A stretch of DNA of 64,000 bases, taken from the NCBI GenBank assembly GCA_963836075.1, contig CAWIIB010000009.1, positions 1,792,001 through 1,856,000 of the forward strand, in the 5' to 3' direction. Positions within the stretch are counted from its first letter, which is position 1. Every line of letters begins with the position of its first letter. The stretch comes from an uncultured Acidobacteriota bacterium (lineage in GTDB: Bacteria; Acidobacteriota; JAQAZP01). Positions 60,401 to 64,000 of the stretch are shown here, in pieces. The notes below the pieces were generated by a model. It worked only from the letters and a program-made list of their open reading frames with translations. It ran no database searches and was not told the DNA's origin. The position numbers and the translations under genes were made by a program.

Positions 60401-63400
60401 GTGTCCGGAGTGCCGCAGCCGCAGTTGCCGGGGACGGTCTTGTCCGGGTCGGCCGGGCAGCCGTCACAGGGATCGATCAGGCCGTCGCCGTCCGAGTCGG
60501 TCTGGCACTCGTCAGGCACGCCGTTGCCGTCACAGTCCTGGGATGTCCCTTCAGAGATATCCTGTGCATCGGGCACGCCGTTGTTGTTGCAGTCCACCGA
60601 TTCGCACTCGTCGGGGATGCCGTTGCCGTTGCCGTCCAGGCTGGTGCCGTCGGCGATGTCACACTCGTCGGGCACGCCGTTGGAGTTGCAGTCCTCGCTG
60701 GTGCCGTCGGTGATGTCGCACTCGTCGGGCACGCCGTTGTCGTTGCAGTCGCCCGGGCCGCCGCCTGCGGAGGTCCCGGTGACCTCCACGTCGTCGATGT
60801 TCCAGCCGCAATACTGCCAGGAGCTGTCAGTGGTGCCCTGGGTCCAGCGGATGTAGACCGTTCCCTCATAGTCGGCCACCGCCGAGATGTCGTAACTCTG
60901 CAGGGTCCAGGAAGCGTCCTCGGTGGCCGAGTCGGGGTTCTGCCAGATGGTGGTCCAGCTCGATCCGTCGTTGCTCACCCGGATGTAGGCGTGGTCGTAG
61001 GTGCTGCGCTCCACTCCCAGCCAGCGGCGGAAGGAGAGGGAGACATCGTAGATGTTGGAGCAGTCGATGGCCGTGGTGGTCAGGTGCCTCTCGGGCAGGC
61101 TGTTCTCGTAGTCGCCGGAGAGGTTGTAGCCGTAGACATTGCTGCCGGTGTAGGCCGAGGAGGGGTCGGGGCCGCCGTACTGGCCGCCGCCGCCCGTCGG
61201 GGTGCCGAAGCCCCAGAGCCCTTCGATACTCCAGCCGGGGTTGGTGTCGAGCGTGAAGCTGATCGTTGACGCACCCGAGCCGACCTCGCAGTCGTCGGGG
61301 ATGCCGTTGGCGTTGCAGTCTTCACTGGTGCCCAGGGCGATGTCACAGAGGTCGGACTGGCCGTTGTTGTTGCAGTCGTCGCCGCCGCCGGGCTCGCAGT
61401 CGTCGGGGATGCCGTTGCTGTTGCAGTCGGTGCTGGTGCCGTAGCTGATGTCGCACTCGTCGGGCACGCCGTTGCCGTTGCAGTCGAGGCTGGTGCCGCC
61501 GGAGATGTCCTGGTCATCGGGCACACCGTTGTTGTTGCAGTCGGCCGGGCCGGCCACGCCCAGGGTGGGTGAACCGCAGATGGAGAAGGATTGCGGGCCG
61601 TCGGGCACGCTGTAGCCCTGCACGGTCACGGTCCAGGTGCCGGCTTCGGGATTGTCCACCAGCACCTGCTCGATGTTGTTGGTGTGGTCCGCCTGGTTGC
61701 GCACCGCCGAGCTGGAGGGGCTGGTGGGGTTCAGCGTCCAGGGGTAGGCCCGCACGCTGGAGGGGCTCATCACCACCAGGTCGAGATCGTTGACCAGATT
61801 GGGGTTGACGTTGGGCGTTCCGGCCACATCGTCCCAGGCCATGGTGATCTTCAGTTCCGAGGTGCCGCCGGGGACCACCACCTGGTAGGTCACCGTGCCG
61901 CCCTGGCTCACCGAGTTCTCCTCGAACTCGCCGCCGCGCATGAAGTCGATGGTGTCGACAATGCGGATCGAGCCGAAGCCGTACTGGTAGTCCGGGCCGG
62001 TATTGCCCAGGTCAACCGCGTTGTGGGCCAGCAGGATCTTCAGTGTCGAGTTGCGCGGGTCGTTCTGGGCCGGATACTGGGCCCGGAAGTCTTCCAGCAG
62101 CAGGGCCAGGCAGCCGGTGACCGTGGGCGAGGCCATGGAGGTGCCGCACATGGTGGTGTAACCGCCGCTGGAGGAGCAGGAGGTGACGCCGCCGTCGCCG
62201 CCGCTCTGACAGCCCGGGCCGGAGATGTCCGGCTTCATCCGGCCGTCATCGGTGGGGCCCCAGCTGCTGAAATAGGTCATGGAGTCGTTGTCGGAGTTCA
62301 GCGCGCCAACGGCGATCTGGTTTTTCGCTCCGGCCGGGGGCGGGACGCTGTAGTAGTCGCCGTAGCCCTCCACGTCGCAGCGGCTGCCGCCGCGCTCGTT
62401 GCCGTTGGCCCAGACGATGCGGAACGGCGCACCGAGGCTGCCGCCCACGATCTCGTCGATCAGCGCCGCGGTGGCGCCGTAGTCGCCCTGGTAGGCGCAG
62501 TTGAAGCCGTTGGACTCGATGTTCGAGCCGATGGAGTTGTTGGAGATGTCGACGCCGTAGGTGTTGATCGCCTGGTTGTAGTCCGATTCCAGGTCGCCGG
62601 GGTTGGTGTAGAGGAAGGTCCCCGAGCCGTCATACTGGAAGCCGTAGGACTGGATGGTCACCCCCGGCGCCATCCCTTCATAATTGCTGTTGCCCGAACC
62701 GTCGCCGCCAATGGTGCCGGAGACGTGAGTGGCGTGGTCGCCCAGACCCGAGCTGTCGCGCACGGTGAGACGTCCGCTGAAATCGCTGTGGGATGCCAGG
62801 GCATACGCGGCATCGTACACCAGCACGTTTATGCCGCTGCCGTCCAGGTTGTAGGGCGCGGTCTGGGCCGAATCGGCCTGGGTGACCACGCTGTTGCTGT
62901 CATTGGTCTCGGTCATGAAGGGCAGCGGCGGTTCGACCCACATCACCGCGTCTTCGGCGGCCAGGTCGAGCAGTGCCTTGAGCGGCATCTCCACCACCAG
63001 CATGTTGATCGAGACGATCTCGGAAACCACCGTGGCCTTGTGCGCCCGGGCCAGGGCCCAGCCCTTGTCCAGGGGGATGTCCCGGTGGAACATCACATAG
63101 GCCGCCACCAGCGCTTCCTTGGTGTCCGCGTCCACGGCGATGGCATAGTCAGGATACTCGTTGGCCAGGATTGAGGGGGCGAGCTTCCACTCCAGCTCGA
63201 TGGGCATGGCGGATATGAGGGTGGGCGCCGCCCGCAGGTCGGTGGTCTCCAGACCGCCGGTCTTCAGCGTGGCAAAGAAGGCGTTGCTGCCCAGGTAGCT
63301 GTGCAGGCCCACGCCAAGGGTTTCCAGCGCGGCCTTTTCCTCGAGGGTCACCGGCTTGCTGAACTGCACCACGATGTGTTGCCCGGAGCCTGACTTTGAC

Positions 63401-63585
63401 AGCTCGCTGAGCGCCACGAAGGCGGCATCGCCGGTTGGCCGGTCGCCCATTTCAACCCCGCTTCTCCAGCTGATCTCAGCCTGTGCCGTCCAGGCCGGGC
63501 CGAACAGCAGCAGGGCCGTGGTGATGATGGCAGTGATCACCAGGGCTGGGTGGAATCCTCTTCTGTACACAGAACTACCTGACAT
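57487..63585 (-). CDS. Large secreted S8 (subtilisin-like) serine peptidase with Cys/Asp-rich calcium-binding-type repeats and two C-terminal beta-rich domains
   Basis: Signal peptide; triad VLVYD / DHATHVSG / GTSMASP; DCNxNGxPDxC and DGCPxDPNKxxPGxCGCG repeats; duplicated ~280-aa module; ATG at 63585 with AAGGGGGAG RBS. Confidence 0.9.
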   Translation of the reverse strand: MSGSSVYRRGFHPALVITAIITTALLLFGPAWTAQAEISWRSGVEMGDRPTGDAAFVALSELSKSGSGQHIVVQFSKPVTLEEKAALETLGVGLHSYLGSNAFFATLKTGGLETTDLRAAPTLISAMPIELEWKLAPSILANEYPDYAIAVDADTKEALVAAYVMFHRDIPLDKGWALARAHKATVVSEIVSINMLVVEMPLKALLDLAAEDAVMWVEPPLPFMTETNDSNSVVTQADSAQTAPYNLDGSGINVLVYDAAYALASHSDFSGRLTVRDSSGLGDHATHVSGTIGGDGSGNSNYEGMAPGVTIQSYGFQYDGSGTFLYTNPGDLESDYNQAINTYGVDISNNSIGSNIESNGFNCAYQGDYGATAALIDEIVGGSLGAPFRIVWANGNERGGSRCDVEGYGDYYSVPPPAGAKNQIAVGALNSDNDSMTYFSSWGPTDDGRMKPDISGPGCQSGGDGGVTSCSSSGGYTTMCGTSMASPTVTGCLALLLEDFRAQYPAQNDPRNSTLKILLAHNAVDLGNTGPDYQYGFGSIRIVDTIDFMRGGEFEENSVSQGGTVTYQVVVPGGTSELKITMAWDDVAGTPNVNPNLVNDLDLVVMSPSSVRAYPWTLNPTSPSSSAVRNQADHTNNIEQVLVDNPEAGTWTVTVQGYSVPDGPQSFSICGSPTLGVAGPADCNNNGVPDDQDISGGTSLDCNGNGVPDECDISYGTSTDCNSNGIPDDCEPGGGDDCNNNGQSDLCDIALGTSEDCNANGIPDDCEVGSGASTISFTLDTNPGWSIEGLWGFGTPTGGGGQYGGPDPSSAYTGSNVYGYNLSGDYENSLPERHLTTTAIDCSNIYDVSLSFRRWLGVERSTYDHAYIRVSNDGSSWTTIWQNPDSATEDASWTLQSYDISAVADYEGTVYIRWTQGTTDSSWQYCGWNIDDVEVTGTSAGGGPGDCNDNGVPDECDITDGTSEDCNSNGVPDECDIADGTSLDGNGNGIPDECESVDCNNNGVPDAQDISEGTSQDCDGNGVPDECQTDSDGDGLIDPCDGCPADPDKTVPGNCGCGTPDTDSDGDGVPDCNDGCPNDPNKIAPGDCGCGVPDVDSDGDGVADCADGCPNDPNKIAPGDCGCGVLDVDSDGDGVADCIDGCPSDPNKIAPGECGCGVPDVDSDGDGTLDCNDGCPDDPNKTDPGICGCGVPDGDSDGDGWIDCDDNCPGTYNPGQEDCDNDGIGDACAGEPDCNLNGIPDSCDITDGTSQDTNSNGIPDECEVGPEAKMESGTVTAGGSATSVALVNTYVSPVVVCAVNYSANAIPVVARVSNVTTNSFDVRLQNPSGSAVSAEEVSYLVMEEGVWTIDGVNCEAQTYLSTVTDENGSWVGETQAYGQGYTTPVVLGQVMSENDSDWSVFWSYGSSRSSAPSASVLKTGKTVCEDTDITRADETIGFIVFEAGHGTIGGVDFEAVMGSDLIEGVTNSPPYTYTFNTAFASAPAVNVVTQAGMDGSNGGWAQTHGTPASATNLYLSIDEDQIMDTERGHITEQVAYAVFETAMVYPAGMIDCNNNGVPDSEDISGGTSQDCDGNGVPDECQADSDGDGVIDPCDGCPADPDKLAPGDCGCGTPDTDSDGDGTADCMDGCPSDPNKIAPGDCGCGTPDTDSDGDGVADCIDGCPSDPNKFDPGICGCGVPDTDGDGDGWADCVDNCPATYNPGQEDCDNDGIGDACAGEPDCNSNGTPDSCDIADGTSEDTDLNGIPDECETGPQARMETGTVTVGGTPVTVNLNNTYTSAVVVCSADYNNNSIPIVTRVSNVTANSFDVRLQNPSDSGVAAETVSYIVMEEGTWTIDGVNCEAQTYLSTVTDENNSWNGESQTYGQSYTNPVVLGQVMTENDPDWSAFWCAGSARSNIPTATALITGKEVAEDPDTTRANETVGFIVFEAGHGTIGGSAFEAKVGADSVRGPDNGGPYAYTFDTAFGGVPAVAVITMAAMDGGNGGWANTVGGVSASGMDLWVDEDQVNDNERRHTTEQVGYVVFQTSVTVN

Positions 63586-63777
63586 TGGAAACTCCCCCTT
63601 CTTTTGGTTGTAGGTCATACGATCGCTTTGGCAATGACGACAGTTATTTGAGGAGGCAAAACCACTTGGCCGGCAGTTGCTGTGCTGACCGGCCACGACA
63701 CTATTGTCCTTAATATATGGCAAGGAAGGGGGAAATTCAATATTTTGGAGGAGAAAATTGACTTAGAAACAGACATA

Positions 63778-63958
63778 GGGGACGCACATAACTTCTATAA
63801 CTTGCGGATAACCTGTTTTATTTTATCTGGATAGACTTACGTTTTCAGGGGCGTGACTGACGAATCCATGGTTCATGCCCCGCAGCACCTGGTCCGTTCC
63901 CTGCAACGCTCTATAGCTCAACGGAATATGGGAATGTTATAAAGTTATCTGCGTCCCC
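63778..63958. mobile_element. MITE-like element of about 180 bp
   Basis: Imperfect 23-24-bp terminal inverted repeats GGGGACGCACATAACTTCTATAAC / GTTATAAAGTTATCTGCGTCCCC around a non-coding, lower-GC interior. Confidence 0.6.
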
Positions 63959-64000
63959 GGTGTCTAGTTGGCAGCATCGATCATCACCATACCGTCGGTG

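Noticed and set aside
16926-61269. Long antisense ORFs (e.g. 16926-19103, 19819-21942, 37690-39753, 41635-43929, 58999-61269)
   Set aside because: Shadow frames of GC-rich genes with no recognisable motifs.
1-64000. tRNA, rRNA, integrase or intact transposase genes
   Set aside because: None recognised by eye; a tRNA/Rfam scan would be needed to exclude small RNAs such as selC.

Overview
GC-rich genomic DNA, apparently from an anaerobic bacterium. The core is anaerobic aromatic-ring degradation: a complete class II (tungsten, ATP-independent) benzoyl-CoA reductase operon bamBCDEFGHI (37.7-48.6 kb), in which both bamE and bamF have in-frame UGA codons followed by SECIS-like hairpins. A TetR gene and a radical SAM/SPASM gene precede it and fdhD follows it. 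A second block (7.6-19.1 kb) holds an Hcr-like molybdenum hydroxylase, an SDR, a thiolase, a dienoyl-CoA hydratase and a PanE-like/DUF2889/acyl-CoA ligase fusion. The two blocks share an 18-bp palindromic operator. Accessory content: glycosylation genes, secreted FG-GAP/BNR proteins, a recurring 'PYNQPPYPP' C-terminal motif, a pair of citrate synthases with complementary active-site losses, an RND pump, MscS-cNMP, a giant S8 peptidase and several palindromic repeat families. The most novel-looking item is an array of three paralogous ~90-aa RiPP-precursor-like genes at 56.5-57.4 kb, two of them hidden from the ORF track by single-base insertions. Many genes carry isolated frameshifts that look like sequencing errors. 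All calls are from motif recognition by eye; no database searches were run.
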